Source: a virus. From it: DNA of 64,000 bases. Shown in pieces: positions 27,740 to 37,605 of this stretch. The position numbers and the translations under genes are program-made. A model generated the notes under the pieces. It saw only the letters and a program-made list of their open reading frames with translations. It was not told the DNA's origin and searched no databases. The stretch spans positions 14,137 to 78,136 of IMG/VR virus record IMGVR_UViG_3300032770_000018. One strand, written 5' to 3'. How positions within the stretch are numbered: position 1 is the stretch's first letter; each line of letters opens with the position of its first letter.

Positions 27740-28240
27740 ATGGCAGTCAAGTTCTACAAAAAGCTTTCGCCAGAGACAGAGGTGGTGGTCCTCGGGAAAT
27801 TCAAGCTCAAGTTCGACACGCTCGACCACGTCGTCGGCTATTACGCGACGGACAAACCTGAGGTTTGGGCGGAGTTCGAGAAGTTCATGCGCGAGCAGCG
27901 CTACTGCATCAGCGAGATCAGCGAATCGGAATTTCACGAAAACTTCGTAAAAAAAAAGGCGACAAGCAGTCCATTAAGGCCCGATTGGAGGGAGGAGATT
28001 TCCAAAGGTACGCGTTCGGGCGAGGAGCCCATGGAGCGTATAAAAGGGCCTCTGGCAAATGCCGTACGTGTTGAGGGCTGCGACGGCCACAAAGCCCCTC
28101 CCTGCGCCTCAGCCATGGGCGACGCCCGGGTGGTAGCCGCTGCGGAGGTCCCGCCTACACCCAAGGAATTCAAGCCACCGGTCGGCCGGCGCACGCGAGC
28201 GACCAGAACCAAACCCACGCCGGCTGAGCCCAAAGCGTGA
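27740..28240 (+). CDS. Hypothetical head-module protein with an internal A9 run
   Basis: ATG 27740 after a promoter-like motif; GTGA-coupled to the next gene. Confidence 0.7.
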   Translation: MAVKFYKKLSPETEVVVLGKFKLKFDTLDHVVGYYATDKPEVWAEFEKFMREQRYCISEISESEFHENFVKKKATSSPLRPDWREEISKGTRSGEEPMERIKGPLANAVRVEGCDGHKAPPCASAMGDARVVAAAEVPPTPKEFKPPVGRRTRATRTKPTPAEPKA

Positions 28241-29820
28241 AAACCGTATCCCAGTTAAAGACGGAGATCCGAAACCAGGTTTGGCCATCTGGTCCGCCGG
28301 AGAACCTCACTAGCGCACATGATCTGCTCTTCCAGGAAGCCTTCGCCGAGATCGCCAAGTGGGTGGAATGCGAGCAGGTGGGCAACGTGGATGTTACGGA
28401 CTTCTGCAAGACGTTTTTCAAATGCGGGGTGACGGTCCTCCCATGCCCGAAGGGTATCATCCGCCGGCTCTACGTCATCGCCAATGACGATTTCTGCGAC
28501 CCGGTATTCTACGAGGAGGTGACGTACGAAAAGCTCGTGGCCTGGTCGAACTTCCTGGCCTACATCATCAAGCAGGCCAATGTCCCGCTAACAGGCGGCC
28601 CGCTGCCGCTGGGATTCAGGGCGGCCGACGCTTCGACCGATAGCCTCTGCGGGCGCGCCCGGCAAGGCTACTGGGCCAAATACCGCGGCAACATCTACAT
28701 TGCTCCGTGGATTCAGAGCATGGAGAGCGTGGTCGTCGAGTGGGATGGCATCAAGACCGTCTGGGGAGACTCCGACGTGGTGACTGACACCCAGGACTAT
28801 AAAAAGGCCATCAAACTCTATTTCCAGTACGGTCACGAGCGCGACTATGGCGACCAGAGCATGGCGGCTGCTCTCAAAGTCGGAAACCCTCCCGGAACCG
28901 GAGGATTTGACCAGGCACTGGCGGACCTCGGGTGGCAGTGCCGTGAGAACACGCGCGTCCGTGAGAGCCAGCCGCAGCCAAACAAGCAGCGGTTCGGCTG
29001 GATCACGCTCGACCTGATCGAGAAAGGACTGCCGCCAGGGCCTGTGCCACCATCGGTCATCGCGCATCTGGGCAACTTCTTCCCGTCTGGTTCGGCCTCC
29101 GACGAGGTGGGCGCTTTGGTTCGGACGATGTCTCCGGCGGCGCTGGTCGCCTGCGGGTTGGTGGCTGGCGCCTCGGGAGACAGCTACGACGATCCGACCG
29201 GAAAATGGTTCCACGACTTTATTCAGCCATACCTTGGGGCCCAAGGCGCCGGCTCGGACGCTGGGAACGCCTTCTGGCCGGCAGTGGGCCCGGGCGACTG
29301 GGCAAAGGACGCCTGCGCGACCTTCTTGGCCTGGTTCCCGATAGGCAATCGCCTCTACTACTCGAAATGCCTGCAAAACATCGAATTCTTCTTCCTGGAC
29401 ACCAACGTGCGTGAGCCTGACGGAAACTGGTTAAACTCCACGCAAGCGCAATGGCTCCAGGTGTGGATCGCGATGAGCACCTCGCCCTGGAAAGTGGTGG
29501 TAATGGCCGACTGCCCGTATGGCTCGGTCCGCAGCAACGGATTGCTCCAGTGGCCGTTCAGGTCGTGGGGGATTGATATGGTGCTTTGCTCGGGCGCCGT
29601 GAACTACGAGCGGCTTTCGGTGTCGGGGATGCCGGTGATTAACAATGGACTGGCTGGAGGAAGTGCTATTGAGCCGGTGGTAACTCCGGACCCCAACTCG
29701 GTGTTCGTTTACAGCGCCGGAGGTGGTGTTGGCCGAATGACCCTCGATGCCAATAACCTGCTCTACGAGTTTGTTCAGCTCGACGGCTCAACCATTGACT
29801 CGGTGAAGCTCACCAAATGA
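28237..29820 (+). CDS. Putative head-tail adaptor fused to a degenerate calcineurin-like phosphoesterase domain
   Basis: N-terminal TVSQLKTEIR adaptor-like start; C-terminal FWPAVGPGDW, FFFLDTN, QAQWL, WKVVV, NYERL. Confidence 0.65.
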   Translation: MKTVSQLKTEIRNQVWPSGPPENLTSAHDLLFQEAFAEIAKWVECEQVGNVDVTDFCKTFFKCGVTVLPCPKGIIRRLYVIANDDFCDPVFYEEVTYEKLVAWSNFLAYIIKQANVPLTGGPLPLGFRAADASTDSLCGRARQGYWAKYRGNIYIAPWIQSMESVVVEWDGIKTVWGDSDVVTDTQDYKKAIKLYFQYGHERDYGDQSMAAALKVGNPPGTGGFDQALADLGWQCRENTRVRESQPQPNKQRFGWITLDLIEKGLPPGPVPPSVIAHLGNFFPSGSASDEVGALVRTMSPAALVACGLVAGASGDSYDDPTGKWFHDFIQPYLGAQGAGSDAGNAFWPAVGPGDWAKDACATFLAWFPIGNRLYYSKCLQNIEFFFLDTNVREPDGNWLNSTQAQWLQVWIAMSTSPWKVVVMADCPYGSVRSNGLLQWPFRSWGIDMVLCSGAVNYERLSVSGMPVINNGLAGGSAIEPVVTPDPNSVFVYSAGGGVGRMTLDANNLLYEFVQLDGSTIDSVKLTK

Positions 29821-31844
29821 TAAACTTCCCCGTCATCAACGAAGACCGGTGTCAGCAACCGGCCGCGACATGCGTGGACCCGCGGTGCTCTGACCCGACG
29901 TTTGCGGCAGCCAACCCATTGCTCTGCTCCACGACCGGAAACCTCGTGGTTAAGCCTGAGGTAGCTGAACTCTGCGCTCCGACCGAACTTCAATTCGGCC
30001 TCTACGCCAGGACGCCAACCGGGGATGTAGAGATTGCCGACGGCATCACCTGGAGCAGCTCGAACTCGGCCGTAATGACCATTGGAGCGGTGGACGGCAA
30101 GGGCAGCGCGCTCACCGCCGGGCTAGTGACCATCACCGCGACCTGGCAGGGGGTCAGCGCCTTCGCGCAGGTCAATGTTCTGGGCGTGGACGGCAGTTGC
30201 TGCGACGGCGTCCAGGTCGAGTTCGCAACGGTGGTGGACAATTCGCTTTCGATGAGCCAACCCTTCGGCGGCTCGTACCCCACCAAGCTCTCGGTGGCCA
30301 AGGCCCTCCTCCAGGGGATGATCTCGCAACTGCAGGCCAAGGACATCATGGCAGTCGGCGAGTTCAACGACGGCTACAAGACTGACCAGGGCTTTACCTC
30401 AAACCAATCTCTCCTGGACGCGGCCGTTAACGCCATCCCCACAAGCAGTGGACAGACCAACGTGCCGCTCGCCATTCAGAACGCCCAGGCGCTCCTGGCT
30501 GCTGCGCCTGCACCAACCGGCCAGACCACAAGTTCGCTAAAAATCATCCTGCTCGTGAGCGATGGCGATAGCCGGCCGCTGCTGAGCACCTCTGACATGG
30601 CGGCGCTTCTCAATTCAGCCAAGGCATTCAAGGCCTCTGGCGGGGTGATCATGTGCTGCGGCATTCGCGCCAAAGGCGATGGCTTCAACCTCCTGGACCA
30701 GATTTCGAGCGGCGGTTTCTTTATCAATGTCTTCGGCTCCGACTCGGAGGTGTCGGACGCGATCACGCGCCTGACATGCAGCATGGGCTACGTCTGCGCT
30801 GGGTCTCGGCCGCCGGACGGCTACAGCTGCGCTGGCTACGGCTACAACTGCTGTGACGCGCCGATTGGCCCTCAAGAGCCGGACCCGACGAACCCCTGGG
30901 ACCTTGAGGACGGCAGTCCTCCACAACCTCCACCGCAGCTTCCACCAGTCCAGTTCTCACCCGCAGATGGAACATTCCAAACCAACGCAGCGCACGTCTC
31001 ACTCTCCGTACCGGGGCACCCGAACGCGGCAATCATGTTTTCGATCAATGGAACAAGCACGCCCCCAGACCCGTCCTTTTCTCCTCCGGTTGGGCAGGCC
31101 TACGAAGGGCAAAACGCGCCGGTAACCCTCTGGCTTAACGGTTCGGATTCGGTCTGCATCAAGGCGATGGCGAGAGAATCTGGATACGCCGACAGTGCGG
31201 TCTCACAGGCGTGCTACCCACCAACCAGGACAATAGCAGCCCAACTCAGCGGGCTGCGCTGGGAGATGCCGCTTATTTCCGATCTCACACCATGGCTCTA
31301 CACCACGGAGTCGGTAGTCCCAGACAAAAACACCGTGCTGGTCGGAGACCCGAACCGGGTGTACAACGTGACGCTCAGGTTTCGAGGCTTTGTTGAGCCG
31401 TTTCCAGACTATACCGGAACCCCAGACCCCAGCGCCACGGGCTCGCAGCTTCTGATCGCCCTGGGGGACGTTAACCCAACCACGAGGTCAGGAGGCGGTG
31501 CGTTTGTCACGGGCGGGACCGCGCCAACCAACACGGCTGGGAATGTATACGAGTTGATTATTTCAGACCCTCCGCAGCATTTCTTCCTCAACGGGGCTGT
31601 CGCTGGACTGCTTCAAGACGTCGGGATGCTAATTGATTACACCGAGACTATCCAGATGCGAACAGGGGCAACCGTAACGATGAAGGCCAGTTCAGGCGAC
31701 GGCCAGGCAATCGGAAATGGCAGCTTTGGGGACCCCGGCGGGTCGGGATACCACGTCTGCTATCTCGCCGCCGTTGGGGTGCCCCCTTACCCTGCGGCTT
31801 TCATAACCCAGTACATCCAGATGGACGTGGTCTCAGTGACGTGA
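29817..31844 (+). CDS. Virion-associated Ig-like + vWA + Fn3-associated protein
   Basis: ITWSSSNSAV...G.VTITAT (Big_2); VVDNSLSM, GQTN, LLVSDG (vWA MIDAS); VQFSPADGTF...IKAMA...YADSAV. Confidence 0.8.
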   Translation: MINFPVINEDRCQQPAATCVDPRCSDPTFAAANPLLCSTTGNLVVKPEVAELCAPTELQFGLYARTPTGDVEIADGITWSSSNSAVMTIGAVDGKGSALTAGLVTITATWQGVSAFAQVNVLGVDGSCCDGVQVEFATVVDNSLSMSQPFGGSYPTKLSVAKALLQGMISQLQAKDIMAVGEFNDGYKTDQGFTSNQSLLDAAVNAIPTSSGQTNVPLAIQNAQALLAAAPAPTGQTTSSLKIILLVSDGDSRPLLSTSDMAALLNSAKAFKASGGVIMCCGIRAKGDGFNLLDQISSGGFFINVFGSDSEVSDAITRLTCSMGYVCAGSRPPDGYSCAGYGYNCCDAPIGPQEPDPTNPWDLEDGSPPQPPPQLPPVQFSPADGTFQTNAAHVSLSVPGHPNAAIMFSINGTSTPPDPSFSPPVGQAYEGQNAPVTLWLNGSDSVCIKAMARESGYADSAVSQACYPPTRTIAAQLSGLRWEMPLISDLTPWLYTTESVVPDKNTVLVGDPNRVYNVTLRFRGFVEPFPDYTGTPDPSATGSQLLIALGDVNPTTRSGGGAFVTGGTAPTNTAGNVYELIISDPPQHFFLNGAVAGLLQDVGMLIDYTETIQMRTGATVTMKASSGDGQAIGNGSFGDPGGSGYHVCYLAAVGVPPYPAAFITQYIQMDVVSVT

Positions 31845-32878
31845 GCCGAATAACCGTTCTTGGGGCAGTAAACAGCTACACCGGATACGGACTGCACACC
31901 ATCCAGGCGGTCAGGGATATTGAGACTCTTTCTGGCGCTTACGTCTCGGTCAGAGCGCTCTCCACTTCCGAGGCCTTTGGCGCACGCATCCCGATGGATA
32001 TTCGGCGCCGCTTTGTGAATGGTCCGCAGCCAGAGCCCTGGGAACTCCTGATCCACCCGCCGAACTTCCTGCCCACGCCGGGCAAAAAAACGGCCTACTT
32101 TTCGATGTGGGAGGCTACCCGGCTTCCTCCCAAGGGGCGCAGCCTGCTCAACAAGGCCACGGTTGTTTTCACGCCCAGCCACTGGAATGCCTCGACGTTC
32201 TCGGCCTGCGGGGTGGATGTGCCGATCGAGGTCGTGCCGCTCGGGATAAACACCAAAGCCTTTTATTATCGGCCACCCCCGCAACGACTCGACGGCCTGT
32301 GCGTCTTTGGAGCCGCAGGCAGGATGGCCCACGGCGGGGTGCGTAAGGGCATCAACGAGGTGATTGAAGCATTCCTAGCGGCGTTCCCGAAGCAGGACGA
32401 CGCGCGGTTGAGGATAAAATGCTGGCCGGACTGCCCGGTCGCAAAGGTGCGGGACAACCGAATCAGTATCACGGCCGCCTACCTGAGCGACGACGAGGTA
32501 GCTGAATGGTTTTCCGGCATCCACGTTTTCGTCAGTGCCGCCCGGGCAGAGGGCTGGGGATTGATGCAACACCAGGCCATGGCGGTAGGGCGCCCGATTA
32601 TAACCGTGGATTTCGGCGGCGTCCGGGAGTTCTTCAAGCCGGCGATGGGCTACGCGCTGCCCTATCGGATGGTCCAGGCGACCAAAGCCTACGACGGCTG
32701 CGGCCACTGGGCAGAGCCGGACTTCGATGATTTTGTTTCGATGATGCGCCACGTGTACGAGCGGCGCGAGCAGGCGCAGGAAAAAGGCCGGGCCGCCGCA
32801 GTGGCCATGATGGGCACCGACTGGCTCGACGCCAATCGCGTGCTGGTCAGCAAACTCATGAAACTTGGGGCTTTGTGA
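31841..32878 (+). CDS. GT-B (GT4-like) glycosyltransferase
   Basis: MWEAT, TPSHWN, VVPLGI, RKG, FVSAARAEGWGL..HQAMAVGRPII. Confidence 0.9.
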   Translation: MSRITVLGAVNSYTGYGLHTIQAVRDIETLSGAYVSVRALSTSEAFGARIPMDIRRRFVNGPQPEPWELLIHPPNFLPTPGKKTAYFSMWEATRLPPKGRSLLNKATVVFTPSHWNASTFSACGVDVPIEVVPLGINTKAFYYRPPPQRLDGLCVFGAAGRMAHGGVRKGINEVIEAFLAAFPKQDDARLRIKCWPDCPVAKVRDNRISITAAYLSDDEVAEWFSGIHVFVSAARAEGWGLMQHQAMAVGRPIITVDFGGVREFFKPAMGYALPYRMVQATKAYDGCGHWAEPDFDDFVSMMRHVYERREQAQEKGRAAAVAMMGTDWLDANRVLVSKLMKLGAL

Positions 32879-32881
32879 ACT

Positions 32882-33394
32882 ATGCCGGGATCTGACTACA
32901 GGTTCGACGCGACGGCCGCAGCGGTCGTGCGTGTGATGTTCCGTGGCCGAAAGCCGCTTGTCCTGGACGTTGGCGCCGGCGCCGGGAAGGGAGCAACGGT
33001 CTTTGGACCACCTTTGTCGCGCGAGGTTCACGGGCTTGAAATCTTCCGCAAATACATCGACGAGTTCGACCTGCGAACGAAGTACGCTGAGGTCTTCTGT
33101 GGCAACATCATGGATTGGAGCCCGTGTCAGCTCTCGAAGTACGACCTCCTGGTTGCCGGCGACGTGCTCGAGCACCTCACTATTGACGATGCCAGGAAGC
33201 TAATCCGCAACTGCCAACTGTCCGGATGCAGTATGATCGTCCAGGTGCCGTTCCTCTACGAGCAGGGTCCGGAGAACGGCAACGAGTACGAGCGGCACAT
33301 TCAGCCGGATCTGACGCGCGACCTGATGGCTGTCCGCTACCCCATGCTCTTCGAGGTCTTGGCCGATCCCCGTCTGGGCTTGTACATCCTATGA
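32882..33394 (+). CDS. Class I SAM-dependent methyltransferase
   Basis: VLDVGAGAG, GLEIF, GDVLEHL. Confidence 0.9.
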   Translation: MPGSDYRFDATAAAVVRVMFRGRKPLVLDVGAGAGKGATVFGPPLSREVHGLEIFRKYIDEFDLRTKYAEVFCGNIMDWSPCQLSKYDLLVAGDVLEHLTIDDARKLIRNCQLSGCSMIVQVPFLYEQGPENGNEYERHIQPDLTRDLMAVRYPMLFEVLADPRLGLYIL

Positions 33395-34155
33395 ATCCAA
33401 CCGTTTCGCTCGCAATCTTCACCCACAACGACCTTCCGATGCTCAAGGCCACACTGCTTCACGAGCAGCGCTGGGTAGACCAGGTGTGCATCCTCGACAT
33501 GGCTTCCGCCGATGGCACTCAAGAATTCTGTGAGGCGTGGCTCCGGCCCGGCGTGGACGTATACCGGCGCCGGGATACCAATACCTGCCCTGACCTGGGG
33601 TTCTCCGAAGCCAAAAACGCCGTCATGGACATGGCGACCTCCGACTGGGTGCTTTGCGCCGGCGCCGACACCATCATGGACTGGCGGCAGGCACCGAACA
33701 TCAAGCGCGTATTGGCCGAGGTTAAAGCCGACGCATTGAGCATAAACACCGTCAGCATCCTGCCATTCAAAGAGTGCCAACCCCACCAGATCGAGGAGGC
33801 AGTGGCACGCAAGAACTTCGGGAAGGATGGGCGCCATCGGTGCTTTGTTCGTCGTGGCTCAGGAATTGTCTTCAAGGGCTACATCCACGAAGAGCCATTC
33901 CGCGGAGAGGTAAACGTGTTCGGAGAGGCTCAGCTAACACAGCTTTCCAGATTTCACCTGCACGGCTGGGGCAACGACAACCTGCGTTCCTGGCGCTACG
34001 GCTGGATGCTGCTCCGGGCCTGGCAGCGTGAGCCCGCGCTTCAGGCATACACAAACGAATGGTGGTACAAGGAGTATTGCCCTCAGAACGCCGACCTGCT
34101 GAAAAGGCAATCAGAGGCCTACGAGGAATATCGCCAGAAAACCGGTGACCGCTGA
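33391..34155 (+). CDS. GT-A (GT2-like) glycosyltransferase
   Basis: VSLAIFTHN, ILDMASADGT, FSEAKN, DWVL, FKGYIHE. Confidence 0.85.
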   Translation: MNPTVSLAIFTHNDLPMLKATLLHEQRWVDQVCILDMASADGTQEFCEAWLRPGVDVYRRRDTNTCPDLGFSEAKNAVMDMATSDWVLCAGADTIMDWRQAPNIKRVLAEVKADALSINTVSILPFKECQPHQIEEAVARKNFGKDGRHRCFVRRGSGIVFKGYIHEEPFRGEVNVFGEAQLTQLSRFHLHGWGNDNLRSWRYGWMLLRAWQREPALQAYTNEWWYKEYCPQNADLLKRQSEAYEEYRQKTGDR

Positions 34156-34882
34156 GCCCAAGATCGCCGGCGGACTCATCACCCGGAACTACAGCCGGTT
34201 TCCGGGGACCTTCCCAGTGCTAAAGCAGATGTCGGACGTGACCATCGTCATTGACGACAGCCCGGGGTCCGCAATTCCAGACATTGGCGCCGACGAGACC
34301 GTCTCACTGCGGAGAAAGGGCGAGTGGAACGACACGGCCAACCAGGTCCTGCTCTTCCTGCGGGCGGCCGTCCATGGGTGCAACTGGGTTATTGGCTGCG
34401 GCGACGACATGCTGCCATCGGTTGCGCTGTTCAACGGGATAAGAGCCCTCTCCAAGACCGATGCCGACATGGTATGGGTTGAGTTTCGGGAGCTTTGGGA
34501 GGGCATTGACCAATACCGCTCCGATGGCATTTGGGGGACGAAGGGGGCGCCGGCTCTGGTGCGCAACTGGATGCTCGAGCAGAGGATAACGCTGCCTGAC
34601 CTGACCATGCGGCTTCACCGAAGGGCCTGGAATGAGGACCGGAAGGCCGCGCATACGAAAGCCGACGCCAAATACGCCGTCTATCACTTCGGGTCGCTAA
34701 CGCGGGCACTCCGCGAGGCTAGGGTCGAGAAGTATCGCCGGGCTGACCCGACAAACCGTTTCCAGCGCGACTACTCCTACATGCTGGACGATTCAGGCAT
34801 ACAGCTTTCCAAGGTGCCGCGGGAGGACCAGGGGGCCATGCTGGAATGGATCGGTGGGTCCGCAAATCCAATTAAGGCTTGA
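34145..34882 (+). CDS. GT2-like glycosyltransferase
   Basis: IVIDDS, WVIGCGDD, LW...YRSDG.W, VYHFG. Confidence 0.65.
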   Translation: MTAEPKIAGGLITRNYSRFPGTFPVLKQMSDVTIVIDDSPGSAIPDIGADETVSLRRKGEWNDTANQVLLFLRAAVHGCNWVIGCGDDMLPSVALFNGIRALSKTDADMVWVEFRELWEGIDQYRSDGIWGTKGAPALVRNWMLEQRITLPDLTMRLHRRAWNEDRKAAHTKADAKYAVYHFGSLTRALREARVEKYRRADPTNRFQRDYSYMLDDSGIQLSKVPREDQGAMLEWIGGSANPIKA

Positions 34883-34914
34883 GCGCCAGGAGAATCGGCG
34901 TATAGCGTTGCGCC

Positions 34915-35595
34915 ATGAGTATCTCGGCCGCAGATTTCAAAGCGCTTATCCCGGACCCATCAGCCTCGATGTGCGGGAACTTCATCAACAGCCTGCTCAA
35001 GCTTCCAGTCCTGCTCTACCAATGGATCCAGCAGGTGGAGGGCACGAGCTCCGGAGGTGGTGGCGGCGGCGGCGGCACAGTGGCTGGGACGCTCAAACCC
35101 GGGGACCTTATCTTCTCCGCCGCGCCGGCCGCTGCGGACTCGACGCGTCTCCTGTGCGACGGCACCGAATACCCTCAGGCGACATATCCGGCGCTCTTCG
35201 CGGCGATTGGCAACATCTATGGGACGCCCTCAAACAGCGCCAACTTTAAAGTCCCGAATTTCAGCGGGCGCTTCCCCGTCGGCGTCGGTAACTTTCCAAA
35301 CGCCGGGGCGGTATCGCTCGGAAACACCGGGGGCAGCGATCAGCAGGCGATCAGCGAGGCAAACCTGCCCCTCTATACACCGGGGCCACTCAAGTCCTCT
35401 AATGGAACGGACAAAGTTTGGACGGACGTCTATGGCACGGGCCCGACTAAAAACGGTCCTGGGTTCAACGCTACACAGGGCGCCCAGAATCAGCCGGAGG
35501 TAGACTTCTCCGACCCATCCTACGGAAGCAGTACCCCGACGCAGCTCCCAATTCTTCCGCCGTACGTTGGAACGTACATCTACATCAAGACCTAG
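34915..35595 (+). CDS. Phage tail collar domain protein
   Basis: LLCDGTEYPQATYPALFAAIGNIYG...FKVPNFSGRFPVG...LPPY...YIYIKT. Confidence 0.92.
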   Translation: MSISAADFKALIPDPSASMCGNFINSLLKLPVLLYQWIQQVEGTSSGGGGGGGGTVAGTLKPGDLIFSAAPAAADSTRLLCDGTEYPQATYPALFAAIGNIYGTPSNSANFKVPNFSGRFPVGVGNFPNAGAVSLGNTGGSDQQAISEANLPLYTPGPLKSSNGTDKVWTDVYGTGPTKNGPGFNATQGAQNQPEVDFSDPSYGSSTPTQLPILPPYVGTYIYIKT

Positions 35596-35598
35596 CCC

Positions 35599-37605
35599 AT
35601 GCCATCGCTCCAAATAAGAGGCGTCCCAGTGGCGCCGCTGACGGGGCCGCTCGACCTCCGAAGCGAAGTCGCACTGATGGAGGGATCGTCGCTTAGGATG
35701 CGGCAGAACTTCCAAGCGACCGGAAAGGGCAAGCTCACGCGTGGCTGTGGATGGGCCAAACTGCTGGACTCGGCGACCTACAACAACCAGGACTTTCACG
35801 ACCAACTCCTCTATTTCGGGCCCAATGGGGCGATCCGCCAGCCAGTCACAATGCTCTTCCCAGCCGAGTCCACGATGGGCGTCCGCAGCCTAATCCTGGC
35901 CACACAGAGCCAAATCTGCATGTTGGTCGAGTCCTCCGGCGACTACCGCGTTCTTGGAAACGCCTACGGTGGCGTCCCATCGGCATCGGCATCGGCGCCA
36001 CGCTTCAAAGCCGCCCAGGTCAACGACTACGTCGCTTTCACCAACGACTTCAACAAGCCGATGTATTACGTGCTCGAGGACGGCTCGGGCACGCTGCTCC
36101 AGACTTTCGACGACCTTGACACCATCGGGGTCAGCCGGGCCGCTGTAACCTGGGCCTGGAGAGGATGCTTGTTCTTCGCTGACGTGGTGATGGACGGCCA
36201 GCGGCAGAGCAACCTGCTGCTTTGGTCGGATTATCAGAACCCGACGAGCTTCGACCCAGCCGTCCTTTCGTCGATCACTGGCACGAAATATCTCAATCCA
36301 GGAGAGCGCATCTTGGCTGGCTTGGAGTTCGGAAACTCCTTCCTCATCTACACAACCGAGAACATTTGGGAGATGGTGGTCGTCGGCGGAGACCAGTCGT
36401 TCGACTTCGCTATCCGCTACCCAGGCTCAAAGAACCGTTCAATCGGCCTGCTGAAATACCCGAATACCCTCGCATCCCTCGGCGATGAGCACTGCTACCT
36501 GGCTGAGGACGGCCTTTACACGTTCAACCCGTACTATCTCAAGCCCGACCGCGTCGAGTGGGCGCACCTGGCGACGCCGGAGGTCCTGGACAACATTGAC
36601 TCGGCCAACTGCTCGGTCCACGTCGGGCTCTACAACAACTACGAGTACCTGCTTTCGGTCGCAAAGGTTGGGGACGCCAACAACTGCCCAAGTGTCACTC
36701 TCAGGCTGAATACCGCCTATAGCTGCGCCGACGTGGTCGACGCTGGCTTTACCGCCTTTTGCAATTTCCAGAGCTTCCTTTCCCCAACGGTTCGCGATTT
36801 CATCACCTCGAACGGAATATGCTCTTTGCAGGGAATGGCGAACCTCGGCTTCCCGCTAGGCCAGCAGGGCGTTGCAAAGCCTCCGGGAGCAATCACATCG
36901 GCATTCACCCCGGACTGCTTCTACACTAAGGTCACGCAGACGATTGGCGATGTGACCGTCGAGGACTGGAATCAGGCGCACGCCGCCCCAACGTCGCTTT
37001 GCGCCCTATTGGGCAACCAGACCTTTGATAGCGTCTGCCGGAAGTGCGCGGGGCCAACGTTGCTGGTCGCCGCCAGCTCGGACGACTGGTGCCTGAAGCA
37101 AATCGGAGGCGTTAGCTACCGTGAGGTCTGCCTGAATCCGTCCGCCATCGGGAGCTTCATCACCAATGCGGGATACAGCAGCGCCGTCGGGAACTACGCG
37201 CTGCGTGGGTATGACTCAATACTCAGGCTCTCTCCGATGTACATTGCCGGCGAGCGCGCGCCGATGATGCAACTCGACAGTGTGACGCTCGACTTCGAGG
37301 CTAGAGCATCAAGCCAACCGGCTTCGGTCTCACTGCGCGTTGGCGTCTCGGCCCAACCGACCGACCCCAACGGGCCCGACATGCAGTGGTTTGCCCACAG
37401 CGCCAAGACGCTGGCCCTTCAAAGCTCCACCACGCCAGCCCAGCGCCTCGCCGCCAATGTGACGCCCTCCCAAGTAATGCGCTGGCAGCTTTACCGAGTA
37501 GCCAGGATGCTCTACCTCGAATTGACCATTTCAGGGACGGGTGGGGACGCTGACTTTAGCCGCGTGACCGTTGAGGCCGGCCCGTCGCGCGCGAGGAACT
37601 TCTAA
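35599..37605 (+). CDS. Tail tubular/nozzle (stabilisation-type) protein
   Basis: 668 aa, beta-rich (LFFAD, LLWSD, LIYT..IWEM), located in the tail module. Confidence 0.6.
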   Translation: MPSLQIRGVPVAPLTGPLDLRSEVALMEGSSLRMRQNFQATGKGKLTRGCGWAKLLDSATYNNQDFHDQLLYFGPNGAIRQPVTMLFPAESTMGVRSLILATQSQICMLVESSGDYRVLGNAYGGVPSASASAPRFKAAQVNDYVAFTNDFNKPMYYVLEDGSGTLLQTFDDLDTIGVSRAAVTWAWRGCLFFADVVMDGQRQSNLLLWSDYQNPTSFDPAVLSSITGTKYLNPGERILAGLEFGNSFLIYTTENIWEMVVVGGDQSFDFAIRYPGSKNRSIGLLKYPNTLASLGDEHCYLAEDGLYTFNPYYLKPDRVEWAHLATPEVLDNIDSANCSVHVGLYNNYEYLLSVAKVGDANNCPSVTLRLNTAYSCADVVDAGFTAFCNFQSFLSPTVRDFITSNGICSLQGMANLGFPLGQQGVAKPPGAITSAFTPDCFYTKVTQTIGDVTVEDWNQAHAAPTSLCALLGNQTFDSVCRKCAGPTLLVAASSDDWCLKQIGGVSYREVCLNPSAIGSFITNAGYSSAVGNYALRGYDSILRLSPMYIAGERAPMMQLDSVTLDFEARASSQPASVSLRVGVSAQPTDPNGPDMQWFAHSAKTLALQSSTTPAQRLAANVTPSQVMRWQLYRVARMLYLELTISGTGGDADFSRVTVEAGPSRARNF

